Positions 47,091-60,600 of a stretch of 64,000 bases of DNA are shown piece after piece. The notes beneath the pieces are model-generated. The model worked only from the letters and a program-made list of their open reading frames with translations, did no database searches and was not told the origin of the DNA. A program made the position numbers and the translations under genes. Within the stretch, counting starts at the first letter, position 1. Every line of letters starts with the position of its first letter. Origin of the DNA: Camelus dromedarius (Eukaryota); the NCBI RefSeq assembly GCF_036321535.1, contig NC_087438.1, positions 7,008,001 through 7,072,000 of the forward strand, in the 5' to 3' direction.

Positions 47091-50000
47091 GGAGATGATG
47101 AGCGGAGGACACAGGGAACAGTGGCGCGCCCCACACGCCAGCTGCCGCTCTTGCTACTGGTGTCACCTCTGGTGGCAGAGGGGGCTGGGAGCACAGGCTC
47201 AGCTCGCCCGATGTCATCTGTTAACCATCTCCACGTCTGGACTTCACTTTAAAATACTCCAGATGGACCAAGTGATGTGAAGTGTGTTGCCAGTATCCTC
47301 GTCAAGAGAGCAGAGCTCAGGGCGGACCGCTGCTGTTCCGCTCGGGAAGCCCGGACACCGGGGCGCTACTGTAGGCACTTCTGTTGTCATCAGACAAGGC
47401 TGACGGAATGTCAAAAATGGTTCCTATAGGTGCAGTTAGCGGCCTATTAATTACCATGATGGCTGCTAGAAATGAACTCTCATGGGTGACGTTAAAGGCA
47501 TTCAGGGTAAGTGCAATGGCTAAAATATTTAAGAAAATGTCCCCACCCTTGCAGGAAGACGGTGCATGAATCCAGTGATGCCTGGACCCTTTCCTGTGGG
47601 AACATTTGTGACAACATCCCTAAACACCCCCTGCAACCTGGAAATGGAGGTCTTTGCTTGCCCAACGCAGGCTATCAGGGTGACAGTGTCTCCTCTGCAG
47701 TCTTGGCATTTGCCTGGAGGCTCTTTCTGTCCAGTGGGAGTTGGAGCACCTATGGGGCAGGGAGCTGGCATTTCATTAAAGCTCACAGAACACGTGGATG
47801 AGCACTTGGGGGCCTGCTGGCAAATTAATGCTTCTTCAATCAATGTCTTGTGTGTGGCTGAAGCTGGCTAGAGAATTGCTGCCACAAAAACTGAGGAGCA
47901 AAAAGTCAAAAGACAAATCAGTCCTGACCTGCCTCCAACTTGTATAGCTGCTACCCAAACGGTCCCAAAAGTGCCCAAGAGACACAGGTGGCCAAATCGG
48001 CGTAGGTCTCCTTACCCGGTGCCTGTAAGCTTCATGGGAGAGGGTCTAGGGCAAGTTTTCTCAGCTCTGGAGGAGCTGCTCAAGCTAAGGAGAGCTACAG
48101 CCACCTCCTTGGAGTCGACAGGGGAAACCCACCAAAGCCAGGAGATCACATCCAAAGTCCCACCATGAGCCACGAGGAGACAAGCTGGACAAGAAACCGG
48201 TTCCAGTAAAGGAACCACTTCTCCCTGGTTGTTCCCACATGTTAAACAAGCAACCCCAAATAAAAGCTCTTTTCCTCACCCACAAGGTGAGTGCAACCCA
48301 AAATCCCCATTAGAGGCAAAAAGGGAATTCTGGATCCCCAAAATGGGGAAGGAGAAGAGGGGGTGGTCATCAAACCCAGCCTCAGAGTTTCCCGTACTTT
48401 AAGGATGTCTGTTCCCTGGGCAGACCTTTTATGTCAAAGAACCTGCCCTAAGTTCCATCCCGACCTGCTTTCATGCTGCTGAGAAACGTGTGTACCAACA
48501 GACGGTTTTAGTAAAAAAGGCAAATGACACAAGTAACCAAATGAAGCGCCCAGCGCGGCCACAGGAGTGCTAAGCCCATGTCACCGGGGGGACACAGGCG
48601 AGGACATCGTGGGCACTGGTGCAGATTTCCAAATCCCAATCCTGAGCTACAGTACCGAGCTGAATGTATCAGTCGATCATGGTGAAACGCACTTGCCCTG
48701 TTTAGATTCCAACCTTGAAAGTGAGGAGTTCAGTTAGAGCTAAGTGGTGCCACACAAGAAGAAAACCCAGACTCTCCACGGGGCTTAATGTCACGAAGAT
48801 GTTCTGGCTCCTGGAGTCTGGCTTGAGTCGGCGGTGTTGCACCATCTTGCAGCTGTGTATGCCATCCCGAGCACGCATCCAGCAAGGTGGCCGCAGGGGA
48901 TGGTTTCACCACCTCTGCCCACACCTCTGGCCAGTCCCATGGCCCATCCTGCCTGCAGGGAAGCCTGGGTGAGTGGGGCCAGTCTCTGCCCTGGGAAGGA
49001 AGAGGTCTGGGTTTGATATGTGTCTGGGACTTGTCACAAAGTTGGTGCCCCCAACCCTCCCCACCGCTCCCCATCCCCTCTGGCACACCTGAATCCCCAA
49101 AGATTTCTTCTTTGAAGGATTACAGATGCTTCGGAATTCATGGCACTCCTTCTGGACTATACATACCACCTGGAAGGTATGAAATACAGTTTTATCATTA
49201 ATATTATTGTCATTCCGAGGCACTGACATGTGAGAAGCAATCAGAAAAATCTAGGAATCATTCCTGGCCAAGGTCGGGGTCCAGGAGGTACAGGTGGGTG
49301 ACAACAGTCAAGAGGAGGTAGAATGAGGTTGGAAAACAAATATGAGCCCAAGTCAAGGTCAAGACAGAAGATGAGCTGCTAAACCCTCAGCAGGGGCCGA
49401 AGGCAAGAGGCCGTGTGAGTGCAGGGCAGGGGGAGTCGGCAAAGAAGCAGCGGAAGAGGCTGGAGGTGCATGGGAGACAGGGGTGCCTGCTCCCCAAGCA
49501 GATACCCTTGAGAATCACTGTTGAGGACCCACTGCAGGCAGGAGAGGCTTACTTATGCCGCTAACCAGAAATCCAGGGACCTCAGTGATATGCGTTCTTC
49601 CCTGACTTCTCCAACCCCCTGCACACTGAGACCTGCAACCAGAGCCACCCATGTACCTGCCCACACCTCCCCACCTGAACTGGCCTCCATGAACTTGGCA
49701 CTTTGTCTGCCCAAAAGGAAAGAAGTAATCTGCCAGCGACTTCCCTCTTAGCTGGTTCCTGGGTTCCTGGCTCTGTCCTGGTCCCCCTGTTCTGGTGTCA
49801 CCCACAATCTGACACGAGAATGAAGTTTAACTTTTTCTTTTTTGCTTAAATTATGGGTCTTCAATTTGACCTTTCAAAAGAGTTCCTTTCCTCAGTCTGA
49901 GATCTTACATTTTTCTTAAACCACTTCAGAAAGGGTTCTGCTCCTTCTGCCTATGCTCCTACAGACAGCAGATAAAACCCTGACTCTCAGCATGAGAACA

Positions 50001-50111
50001 TTTATCCCAACAGGTCACTTTTTGAAAAGGTTAAAGCAATTGAAAGAAGCCTTTTCCTTGATATCAAAGCTGTAGACTTAGATAATTTTTTTTAGGCCAA
50101 AAGAAACCCAC

Positions 50112-50114
<3 letters not shown>

Positions 50115-50146
<32 letters not shown>
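50115..50146. repeat. A32 homopolymer
   Basis: Direct read. Confidence 0.9.
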
Positions 50147-50148
<2 letters not shown>

Positions 50149-50524
50149 CATTTCCTAAAAAGAAAAATGCCTGCTGCTTTTTCTTAGCCCAGAAAATTAT
50201 TAGTTCACAAGGTGAATCTCCCCATGAATAAACTCAATATGGATGGGGAAATAAATCATTTGACTGTCTACATTTTTTCTTTTTGACAGTCATCTTGTTG
50301 AAAAGGGCCATTATTTTTTGTGCTAATGGAAGTGTCTTGCTAGCTAAGACTTAAACGTTATCTAAAATGTATAGAAAGCTTCATCTTTTTGGTATATTTT
50401 ATTTTCTTTAGCTAATAATTTTCTGCAGAAGTGCTACACATTAGGTTATAGGTATAAATCACTGCATTTTAGAGGTGTGGCTATTGAGAAACCTTACTTA
50501 AGGTCACTTTCAAATGACCTTGAC

Positions 50525-50922
50525 GTTATCTTGGATGTGTCCAAAAAGGTGAATGAGATTAATATTTGAATTGGTAGACTGACTAAAGCAGATAACTCTT
50601 CCTAACGTGGGTGGGTCTCATCTAATCAGTTGAAGGTCTGAATAGAGCAAAGAAGCTGATCTTAACCTCAAATAAGGGAAACTCTTCCTGCCTGACTGCC
50701 TTCAGGCTGAGACATCATTCTTTCCCTGCCTTCAGACTCAAACTGAAACATCTGCTCCCTTTGGGTCTCAAGTGTGCCAGTCTTGAGACTCCCCTGGGTC
50801 CCCAGCTTGTTGACTTCAGATCTTGGAACTTTTTAGCTTCCATAACCACGTGGGTCAATTCCTTATATTAAATCTCTTTCCAATTATACATATATCCTGT
50901 TTCTCCAGAGAACCCAAATATA
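50525..50922 (+). mobile_element. ERVL LTR, MLT2D-like
   Basis: ATGAGATTAATATTTGAATTGGTAGACTGA.TAAAGCAGA..GTGGGTGGGTCTCATCTAATCAGTTGAAGGTCTGAATAGA..TGTTTCTCCAGAGAACCC. Confidence 0.85.
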
Positions 50923-51559
50923 GTGCTATGCCACATGCTCTGTAAAGAAGACGTAAAACATTGAAGGACTAATAATCTCCCCATTTGGAATTCATTAAAG
51001 TCTCATTTTCTAAAAATTCAACAAAGTCAACTAAACCATGGGCGGCTCACTACGGGTTCAATGGCCACTCCCCTGGAATGCTTGTCTCTCTGGATAACTC
51101 AGTTCTGCATACCTTCTGGCACACTTGGAACATAACCAGAGGGAATGGAGCCAGCTTGCCCTTGACCTTCTATAATGACTTCTGACTTCTCCTAAACTAT
51201 CCTAGATGTCTTTAATGCTCTTTAAATAAATAATGATGATAATTAATAGCAGCTAAAAATCGATGGTTAAAAATTAACCATTGATATTAAATATTCAGCA
51301 AGCGTTTACATACGATTTTAGCATTGGAGGAGTCCTGCTTGAAAAGAGCCTCAACATGTCATTTCCTAAGATTAGAAAAACACTATTCTATTTAGGAAAG
51401 CATCTCAATTAATACATGTATGTGTCATAAAAACAGACCCTAAAAAATGATTGCATCTTTCCCTTATTATGTGCTCATGCTCAAATATACAATAAACAGG
51501 CAGGTCAAACCAAAGCCTTTTCTATAGGTCCAGCCTTGTGGTATGGGGGGAAGGACACT

Positions 51560-51730
51560 TCTTGAAGTTGTTCTGAGCCAAGGTCCGAGCCAGGTTCTGC
51601 CAACAGTCACTCCGTGAGCTGGGAGCTTCTCCCTGCACATCTCTTTGATGCTCAGTTAACTCATCTTTAAAATGGGGAGAAAGACAGATTCCATTCAATG
51701 GCCAAGGTCTCTTTGGAAGCTAAAATTTCA
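51560..51730 (+). mobile_element. MIR
   Basis: TCTGCCA..CTCCGTGAGCTGGG..CTCAGTTAACTCATCTTTAAAATGGGGA..AAGGTCTCTT..AGCTAAAATT. Confidence 0.65.
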
Positions 51731-53589
51731 AGTTTTGAGTATGTCTATGACACAATTCTTTAATCTGAAAATGATTTTTCTATTCTTTTTTTGTTTGGGT
51801 TTTCTTATTTTTTTTACACTGTAAGTGTAGATAATAGGGTGTGTGTGCAAAGCAAAGATGCAAAGTGGGTTCTGAAATGTAAGAAAGAATGCTGGGGTTA
51901 CAGGCTCCTGGACAAGGACCATTTTTGGACACAAAGATCAGAGATGTCCAGTTGCGCCTCACCAGACCTGGATACATTAGGGTCTAATGAGAACACCTCC
52001 TTGAATCGGGAGGGTCCCCTATCTGTTCAGGCAGGGGGTGTGGCTGTGCAAGACAGCCAATGGCAGCAGAGATAAGGGTGCGTGACCAGAGTCATTGCCA
52101 GGAGGGACAAAGTCATGGTCGGGAAAATGGACCACGCATTAAGCCCAAGGGAAAGTATAGAAACAAGACACAAAGCTCCCCCCGCCAGGAAATGGGGGAG
52201 CCAGAAGCACGAGAGAATAAGGAGTGGGGACAGAATAGGAAAAAAATCTCAGAAGTCAAGCTGCAAATGGCAAGCTTGTGCTATGTCACACTCCCCTCCT
52301 CCCACATACGTGTACACTCATGCTGACTATCACCACAGCAGTAGTGATAACATAAAGACTACATAGAAAAGGACAAGTAGAATTGCGGGTCCCAAGAACC
52401 AAGGCTGATGGCCTTGATTGGTACTAAAGAACTCTGACCAGTAAAGGAGCTCATTTCTCTAAAGCAACATGGAGGCCCACACGTCTGGAAGCCAACAACA
52501 TTGCCACAGCCGCCCCGCGGCTGCCCTGTGGAAGGAGCCACACTTTCCCAGGGGCCTCAACCCAAAACCTGAGTGTCACAGGTGCCCTTATCATTCGTCA
52601 TTTCCCCAGCCTGGTCCATCTCCAATAAGTTCACTTTTAAGTCCATATTTTCCAAATGTTGTCTTCTGTCCGTTGTTATAAATGGAGTGCTTGCCCCCCA
52701 GGTAATAACTTTTGCACTCGGGATGTTCTGGTGCCAGAGATTTGGCCCAAATCCCCAAAGACATTCCTCTGGACTGGAAATCCTAATAGGTTTTGAGTGA
52801 GTGAAAATCATCTGACAACAACCTGAAACTTGACCGTATCGATATCTCCATCACTGACAGCAAGAGACACAGAGAGGGACAGGAGGATTCATCTGGAACG
52901 GCACGTGGCGAAGATCGCGCACAGCCTCAAACTTCTGCTAGAGCGACGTGTGCTGTACCCTGTAAAGGGGGGGGTGGTGCGGGGAGCAGCAAGCAGCCAA
53001 GGCCCTTTGAGTTTGTTTTTCAAAAGTAACAGATAAAAGGCCCAATGGGCATTGGCGTCAGAAAAGAACAAAGAAAGTTAAACCTAAAAAAGAGTCTAAT
53101 GCAGCCCATCTTACCTAAAGCCTCCTTTATTTTTACCCTTCTACAAATTATAGTGGGATATGTAAATCGTTTAAAGTCACTTCTGTCTTTTCTCTCTAAG
53201 CTTCCAATTTTACAACCCACAGAACCAAATGGAGGGGGAATTGTAATCAATTTCTCAAATAAATTCATGTAAAATAAATTTAGACCCAAAGGATCTGAAC
53301 AACAAAGCCATTTCATTCAACCAGGAAATCAGATTTTGACAGCCAATACTTTTTTTTAAATTGAATTTATTTTCCAGAGAATTTATTCAAGTGCTCACGG
53401 CCACCAGGCACTGTAACAGAACCATAAGCAGCCCACTGTTCCCATATGAGTCCTGTTTGTAATTTAAGACCACGTTAGATAGGTGGGTGGCAAGGATTTT
53501 ATCCCAGCCTGACCACCAGCTGCTGTAGACCCTGAGGAAGTCACTTCATCTCTAAGCCTTTGTTTTGGTATTTGTAAAATGGGGGGCAG

Positions 53590-53975
53590 TGGTTGGTGCA
53601 CTGATGACCCATTTCTTCAGCCGTCTTGTATCTTCACCCTTTACCAAGTAACTTGATAACACTCTCCCAGTCTGACTCTAGATTTGGCCATTGGCCTTGG
53701 TCAACATAACACAACAGGAAGAACACAACAGAGTGCATCGGTTCCAGGCCTAGCCCAAGAGGCCTTGCACGTTTCCGGAAACTTGCTTTCTTGAGCTTCT
53801 GCCGTCACCATGGGAACAACACGCCTGGGCTCTAGCCCCCTGAGGAGGGTGAGAGTTGCATGGAGCAGAGCCAAGTGTGCCCAGCCACATCTCTCAAGCC
53901 AACTCCTGTTCCACAGGAACAAATGTAACTGAGATGAGCAAAGGCAACCTTAAGAATAAATAACTCAGACTGGAT
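53590..53975 (+). mobile_element. Old MaLR LTR (MLT1H/I-like)
   Basis: TTCCAGGCCTAGCCCAAGAGGCCTTGCA..TCTGCCGTCACCATGGGAACAACACGCCTGGGCT..CATGGAGCAGAGCC. Confidence 0.6.
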
Positions 53976-55559
53976 TGTTAACCAGCAAAAGCTATACAGG
54001 GACACAACCACCTGCCCCAACTACCTCACTGTCATGTTGGGACAATCAACTGAAATCGTACGTAAGCACTGGAAAGACTGCAGAGCTACCTCCCAGCCGT
54101 AGGTAGGACCACATGCTCTGTAGCCCATTATTTCTTGTCTGCATCTGGGCAGACTCTCCAGGTGGACACTCCATTTGGAACCTGGTTTTCCTACCCTGGT
54201 GGCTCAAATTCTATACCTCAGGCATATCTTCTTCCTTTCTATCCAGTCCCTTTGGATTCTGGTCGACAGCAGCTGGTGGTCAGTTGTTACTCTAACTCCT
54301 TTACCCACTTCCCCCCAAAAGAAAGTTTTCTTTAGCATCTCCCTTAGTGCCCTGTTCTGCAGAATCCAGGACCAGACCTTCCCCTCCCCTTGACCCACCC
54401 TGTTTCCCATAGGGAATCAATATCTTATTTGATACTTCCTAGTCATGACTTAATCTGAATGGGGGCTCAAACATATGATATATCATTACTACAAAGCTCC
54501 ATAACAAAAGTAGCTTTGTCCCAGAAGAACTGTTTATCCCAATAATCATCATTTGGATGGCTTGTTGAATATTGGGAGATTGGTAGACAAACCCTTTCCC
54601 AAGGCTACTTCAGTGTATGTTTCTTCTTGTGTCTGTGCTGGAGTGAATGTAACCATAGTTAGAAGAATAGAAGAGCTTCTCAGAGCAGGCTAAGAACATT
54701 CTTGGAATGCTACCTTACCCAACACCCAGCTTGGAGACAGGCAAGGGAAGGTCACCGGCCATCCTAGGACAAACTCAGGATTTCATTGTAAATTGTGGGA
54801 GTCCATGCCATGCCTCATGAGAGTTGCCTGAAGAAAATGTTGTATCAAGGGCACAGTCACCAGGATGGGGCCACCAAGGCTGTTGTGGAATAAGGAGGCG
54901 TGATTCCTGAGAGGGCAGCAATTCCTATTGTGAGGAGTGATCATAGCCTGACCTGGCCCCAGCTGATGCATGAAGAAAGGCAATCTGGGAGCAGGACCAA
55001 GCACAGCATACATCTGGACTCGGCCCACCAATGGGGCACCAGAGACAGACGAAGCTCTGGACAACAGGCAGTCTAAGAAAGACATGCTCTCTGTCTGTCC
55101 TAGCACCTCAGTGTTCACCAAGATCCTTGACGGCCAGGGCCAACTGCAGACCACTCAAGCCCACCTAAAAAAAGCCCAGTGATGCCTGTGAAAAGTCTGG
55201 GTGCATCAGATGATACAGAGATCAGGATAGGGACCCTGAAGCAGCCAGAAGGAATCCAAAAGAAATAGTTGAGAAACGTATGACCAAAGACCCAGCACCC
55301 ACAAGAAAGACAGAGTTTCTCTGAGCAAAGGAAAGTGCTTTCAGTCATTAGACTAGTCTTGCCAGCTATCCATTCATGGGCATTTGCTGAGGGCCTGTTA
55401 CAGGCCTGTTACAAGGGCTATGAGGGATAAACAGAAAATCGAAATATATTATCTGCCCACCAAGGATTGCAAAACTGGTTGAGAATTCATTACTAAAACA
55501 CAAGAAACAAGTCAAGAATAACACAACAAAACAGAATTAAGTGCTAACATGTTATACCC

Positions 55560-55705
55560 CAGTTGTTCTCAAATTGCAGTGCCACTTCAGGATCAATTAG
55601 GAGGTTTGTTTAAAAAGACAGAAGCCCAAGTCCACCCCAAATACATCAGGATCTGCAAGAGAGGGTCCAGAGGGTTGCAGTGCACACCTGGTTGGAGACA
55701 CTGGG
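55560..55705. mobile_element. MER5-like (hAT-Charlie)
   Basis: CAGTTGTTCTCAAA..GAGGTTTGTTTAAAAAGACAGAAGCCCAAGTCCACCCC..GTTGGAGACACTG. Confidence 0.6.
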
Positions 55706-56234
55706 ACACACACCAGTGCTCTGAGAATTCAGAGGAGATGGGGTCGGAAGCATCCTGGACCACGGGAACAGCAGCTGCCCCTGACCAAAAAGAGCCCAAC
55801 CCCCAAATCAGGCAAAGAAACGCTGGACCATGGGCCTGGCACACTCAGTGCTACTTTTTAAGATAATGTTAAAAATACTTAATGCTTTGTTCTCAGATTG
55901 GCTTTGAGACTTTCTGAATATGTTTGCTCAATTCAGCCGTGACTCCAACCGCCAAGAAGTGGGTGATCCGAGACTTCCCTATCCCATCCTACATACCCTG
56001 AAATCATTCAACCACTTCAAACCATTGCTAAGACAGGTTGGTGGGCTTTGTGCTATCAAGTTCCCATTCACCTCCAATAGGAAGCTTCCAAAAATATATT
56101 TCCATTTTAGCAAATTCTGATCCAGAGGAGAGACCGGGCAGCTGGATGTCTTTCCACCTGGGTACGGTCACTGTCAGGAAGTGCACATCACACCAGAAGA
56201 GGCAGGTTCCTATGGGACAACACACTGGATCCTC

Positions 56235-56637
56235 TGTTAGTCAGCTGGGGCTGCCGTGACAAGCTGCTGCACGCTGGGTGGCTTACACACTAGAAATTTA
56301 TTTGCACACAGTTCTGGAGGCAGGAAATCCAAGGACAAGGTGCTGTCAGGGTTGGTGTCCTGTGAGGCCTTCCTTTCTGATCTGCAGACAGCCCCCTTCC
56401 CACTGTGTCCTCACCTGGTCTCTTCCCTGTGCGTCTGTGCAGAGAGAAGGAGAGAGCTCACCAGTGTCTTGTCCTCTTCTTATAAAGACACCAGCCCCAT
56501 TGGATTAGGGCCTCATCCTTACAACCTCATTTAACCTTAGATACCTCTCTAAAGGCCCCATCTCCAATACAGTCACATTGACGCTCAGGGTTTTAATATA
56601 TTAATTGGGGGAGGAGGGGAAAACACAGTCTGAAGCA
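56235..56637 (-). mobile_element. MaLR solo LTR, MLT1B-like
   Basis: CTGGGTGGCTTA..AGAAATTTATT..CACAGTTCTGGAGG..TCCTCTTCTTATAAAGACACCAG..ATTGGATTAGGGCC..ACCTCATTTAACCTTA. Confidence 0.9.
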
Positions 56638-57101
56638 GATGCCAAAGGAGTACTCAGACAGCACAAGGGTACTATGGCAAATCCTTGCCTTCCTGCCCTA
56701 GAGGAGGAAAGACCTCAGTTTAAATGTTTAAAAAAACATGCTTCTATTTACCAAACACATATAAAGTGTCCACCTCTGACAAGCTCTGTACCAGGTGCAG
56801 GGGATGCAGTGGTGAGAAAACCAGACATGGCCCCACCCCTTCAGATCTTACGATCTGGTGGAATGAACTCTGCTTCTCAGCCAAGGACCATATGTAGAGG
56901 GAGGAGTGAAAGTAGAAAGATGATGTGATGATAACCCCACAGAGCTAGACCTTTCCAATCGGAATGCATGCATCATTTCACTCTGTGCCCATTTCACTTA
57001 TTACCTCCCAGTTAATCTGCCTCACAGCTGCCCCAGTCTACACTCTCACCAGCAGGACACAGAGAGTTCCTTGCTTTCAAGTCAGTACTCAATATTTTCC
57101 A

Positions 57102-57683
57102 GATACATGCACCCCAATGTCCATAGCAGCACTATTTACAATAGCCAAGACATGGAAACAACCTAAATGTCCGTTGACAGTTGACTGGATAAAAAACCTG
57201 TCATATATACATACAATGGAATACTACTCAGCAATAAAAAATAATGAAATAATGCCATTTGCAGAAACATGGATGGATCTGGTGATCATCATTCTAAGTG
57301 AAGTAAGCCAGAAAGAGAAAGAAAAATACCATATGATATCACTTACACGTGGAATCTAAAAGAAAAAAGACAAATGAACTTATTTACAGAACAGAAACAG
57401 ATTCACAGACAGAAAACAAACTTATGGTTAACCAGGAGGAAAGGGGGTGGGAAGGAATAAGTTGGGAGTTTGAGATGTGCAAATACTAACTGCTATATAT
57501 AAAACAGATAAAAAAAACAAATCTCTTCTGTATAGCACAAGGAACTATATTCAGTATCTTGCAGTAACCTATAATGAAAAAGAATATGAAAACAAATATG
57601 TATATATATGTATATATGTATATGTATGACTGAAACATTATGCTGTACACCAGAAACTGACTATATTTCAATTAAAAAAAAAA
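57102..57683 (+). mobile_element. Young 5'-truncated L1, inserted in an older antisense L1 remnant (~56900-57935)
   Basis: ORF2 tail DTCTPM.IAALFTIAKTWKQPKCP..MEYYSAIK; TSD ACTCAATATTTTCCA (57087-57101) / ACTCGATATTTTCCA (57684-57698). Confidence 0.95.
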
Positions 57684-57939
57684 ACTCGATATTTTCCAAC
57701 TCCATAGTTTTTGATAGTGGGATGGGCACCTTGATTTAATCTCCATTTCTCTGATTGCTGATGAGACGGCCTACAGGCCTTTGGTTTCTCGGCCCTGCAT
57801 TGCCTCTCCTCACCCTTTGCTGTGTTTCTGTTGGTTTCCTGCCTTTCCTGGTTGAATTACAGGTGTTCCTTAAATACTCTAACAACTAATCATTCATTGA
57901 TTGTGTGTTTCACAAATGTCTTCTCTCAGTTTGTCAACG

Positions 57940-58900
57940 CTGGCTATGATGTCGGGGTAGGTATGTGTTGCCCCTCCCCAAGGGGAGATTATGCATGCCT
58001 GACCCACTGAGAACAAACTTGGCCATGTGGCTTCCTTTGGGCAATAAAATGTAAGCAGAGGTGACACGTGACCTTTTCAAGTAAAGCTTTAAGAGTCATG
58101 GCATGAAACCACTGTGTACTTAGCTCTCAGAGAGGGGCTGCCCTTTGGGCTTGGATCCTAGAATGAAGGAGACCCATGGAGCAGACCCCCTACCAGCCCA
58201 CAGTCACCTCTGCAGACATTAATCTTTATGATTATAAGCCACAGGTTTGATTATTTAGTTTTGGTGTTGATTCTTATAACAATTCAGAGACTGATACTGG
58301 AAGTTAGGTGCCACTGTAATAAAACACAAAATGTATGTGCATGGGTGCAGTGGCAAGTGACCAAAAAAAAGCTGATATTAGAGAATTTTTATGCATTTGA
58401 TAAAACTCTCACCTGAGATAATCCAGGCGGCAGAGAGTGTCACTAATGAACTTGTGGTTTTAGCAAAATGGGAAGGCAGAAGGTTGGTAACACTGGATAT
58501 TTGCTAATGGCTGCTTTTGACAAGGCACAATAAGAAAGAAATAAGCTCATAGAAGAAATGGCCATTTTTGCAAGCAGAATGGAAAGAGAGTTTGGAGAGG
58601 CCATAAATTCCAGGATTTGCAGGTTAGAAAATAGAACCGTTTCTCATCTCCAACCAGGAAAAGATAAACCTGAGAAGGCCTTGGGCTACAAAACCCAGTT
58701 AAGACTCATTCTTGGGGCAAAGAAGAAATCGAGTAGCCTGCTTAGCCCATTGTTCAAACTCTAATGAGGAAGAAATAGGGAGATGAGATGAGTGTTATAA
58801 GTGAACCACTCTTCACCCATCAGAGAAAGAAGCCCTGGATGATGCCTAAAATTAGCAAGCCCATATGGAGCAACAAAAGCATATTATTTAGAAGCAGAGA
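57940..58900 (+). mobile_element. Old MaLR LTR (~57940-58297) followed by MaLR internal sequence
   Basis: CTTGGCCATGTG.CTT.CTTTGG.CAAT.AAATGTAAGCAGAGGTGACA..GACTGATAC then TGGAAGT.GGTGCC.CTGTAATAAAA..ACTAATGAACTTGTGG..GCTGCTTTTGACAAGG. Confidence 0.7.
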
Positions 58901-58904
58901 GATG

Positions 58905-59145
58905 TCATTGCTCTCTATTTCTGTGTGACAAAGGCTACAAACTTGCTGTTTAAAATGGCACACACTTACTGTCTCAGTTTCCATGGGTCCTATGCTCAGT
59001 CTCACGTTAGGCTAAATTAAGGTGTCAGCCAAGGCTGTGATCTCAGCTGAGGCTTGGGGGCTTCTCCAAACTCACTGGTTGTCGTTGTCAGAATTAAGCT
59101 GCTTGTGGTTAGATGACTGAGACCCTCAGCTCTCAGAGACCATCC
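58905..59145 (-). mobile_element. MaLR LTR fragment (MLT1E/F-like)
   Basis: CTCAGTTTCCATGGGTC..AATTAAGGTGTCAGCCAAGGCTG..TCTCAGCTGAGGCTTG..TCCAAACTCACT. Confidence 0.65.
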
Positions 59146-59149
59146 ACCA

Positions 59150-59355
59150 TAGATCTCAGGTGTACTCATCACCAAAAATACAAGTAAATAAGTAACCCAA
59201 AACCAAAAAAGGTGAAGGTAACTCTATGAGATGACGTGTTAACTAGCTCAACAGTAGTTTTTGTTTCATTATGTATATGTATATCAAATCACCATGTTGT
59301 ACACCTTATATATATATATATACACACAAAAGTATAATTTTTTCAGAAAAATGTT
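59150..59355 (+). mobile_element. L1 3' end fragment
   Basis: GGTAACT.TATGAGATGA..TGTTAACTAGCT..TGTATATGTATATCAAA..CATGTTGTACACCTTA. Confidence 0.8.
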
Positions 59356-59559
59356 TAAAAAGCTAAATCAAGCAGATTTTAATTTTTTCAGACTTTAATT
59401 TTTAAAATGATGATGCCAACAACAAAAAAAATTAAAATATAATTCAAAATTTTATGAAAGTGAAGCAGTATGGTTAAAATTGAATACATAGGTAGATTTA
59501 TCATTGGACAGAGAGTCAGTTTATGTTAAGGAGAAGAAAAATTCACAGTGAAGACGTTA

Positions 59560-59900
59560 GTCTTTGCTATGTAGCCAACTATGCTAAAATTCAGTGCAAC
59601 AATCATTCATTTAGCTCACGATTCTGTGAATTGCTGATTTGGGTTGGGCTCAGCGGGGTAGTTCTTCTGAGGGTCTCAACTAGGCTCACTCTGCATTTGT
59701 AATCAGCTGCCATGGTCTGCAGCAGGGGTTGGCTGACTGTCAGCAGGGCACTGGGGATGGGCCCCATGTATGTCCTCATCCAGCAGGCTAGCCAGGAACT
59801 GCCATGTGGCAGTGGTGGCAGGAGTCCCCAGAGCCGCAAGAGAGCAAACTTCCAGGGGGGCTGGTGCTTTTAAGCCTGTGCTTCTGCCATATTTGCACCC
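59560..59900 (-). mobile_element. Old MaLR LTR fragment (MLT1G/H-like)
   Basis: ATTTAGCTCACGATTCTGTG..ATTTGGGTTGGGCTCAGCGGGG.AGTTCTTCTG..CTCATCCAGCAGGCTAGCC. Confidence 0.7.
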
Positions 59901-60382
59901 AAGAATGTTTGTAAATAACACAGCATCAAAATAAGCCAAACTAGAGCTATCCAAAATATAAGAAGAAACAAAAAACACAACCATGGCTTTCTCCTGAGTT
60001 CTTAATTTTTACATAGACGAAAGAATTAGGATTTGAAGAGTATAATGAATAAGGCCACCAAATATCAAATTTTGTTCTCTATAGAGAATATGCTTCCTCT
60101 GTCAATGTCTTTGGAATATTTACAAAATTTGGCCATACTTGTAGGCGATAAAAGGAAAGCTCAGTCAAGCTGAAAAAAAGAAAAGAAAAAGAAGTTGTAC
60201 AGGCAATATTCTCTGGCCAAATGCAATAAAGCTGGAAATTAACAAAACTATAAGCAAGAAAATTCAAACCACATGGAAATTAAAACACTTTCATAGATAA
60301 ATTGTGGGGTCTATAATTATAGACTACTTAGGAAAAAAATAATGACAAGATTATATATCAACAGCTATGGAATGCTTCCTAT

Positions 60383-60600
60383 TAGGGGTCAGCAAACTCT
60401 TTCTGTAAAGGGCTACACAGTCAATACGTTAGGTTTTATGGGCTACAGGCGTCTGTGCAACTGTCAGTTCTGTGGTGGTGGTGTGAGGCAGCCACACACA
60501 GCACACAAATGAATGGGGGTGTGTGTGTTCCAGCAAAAGTTTATTTACAAAAACAGGCAGCAGGCTGGATTTGGCTCGTAACCTTAGTTTACCAACGCTT
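60383..60600 (+). mobile_element. MER58A (hAT-Charlie)
   Basis: AGGGGTCAGCAAACT.TTTCTGTAAAGGGC..TGTGTTCCA..AAA.TTTATTTACAAAAACAGGCAGCAGGCTGGATTTGGC. Confidence 0.9.

Noticed and set aside
55392..55413. Short tandem duplications (also ~20763-20818 and ~1574-1613)
   Set aside because: Ordinary slippage products; no array or spacer structure.
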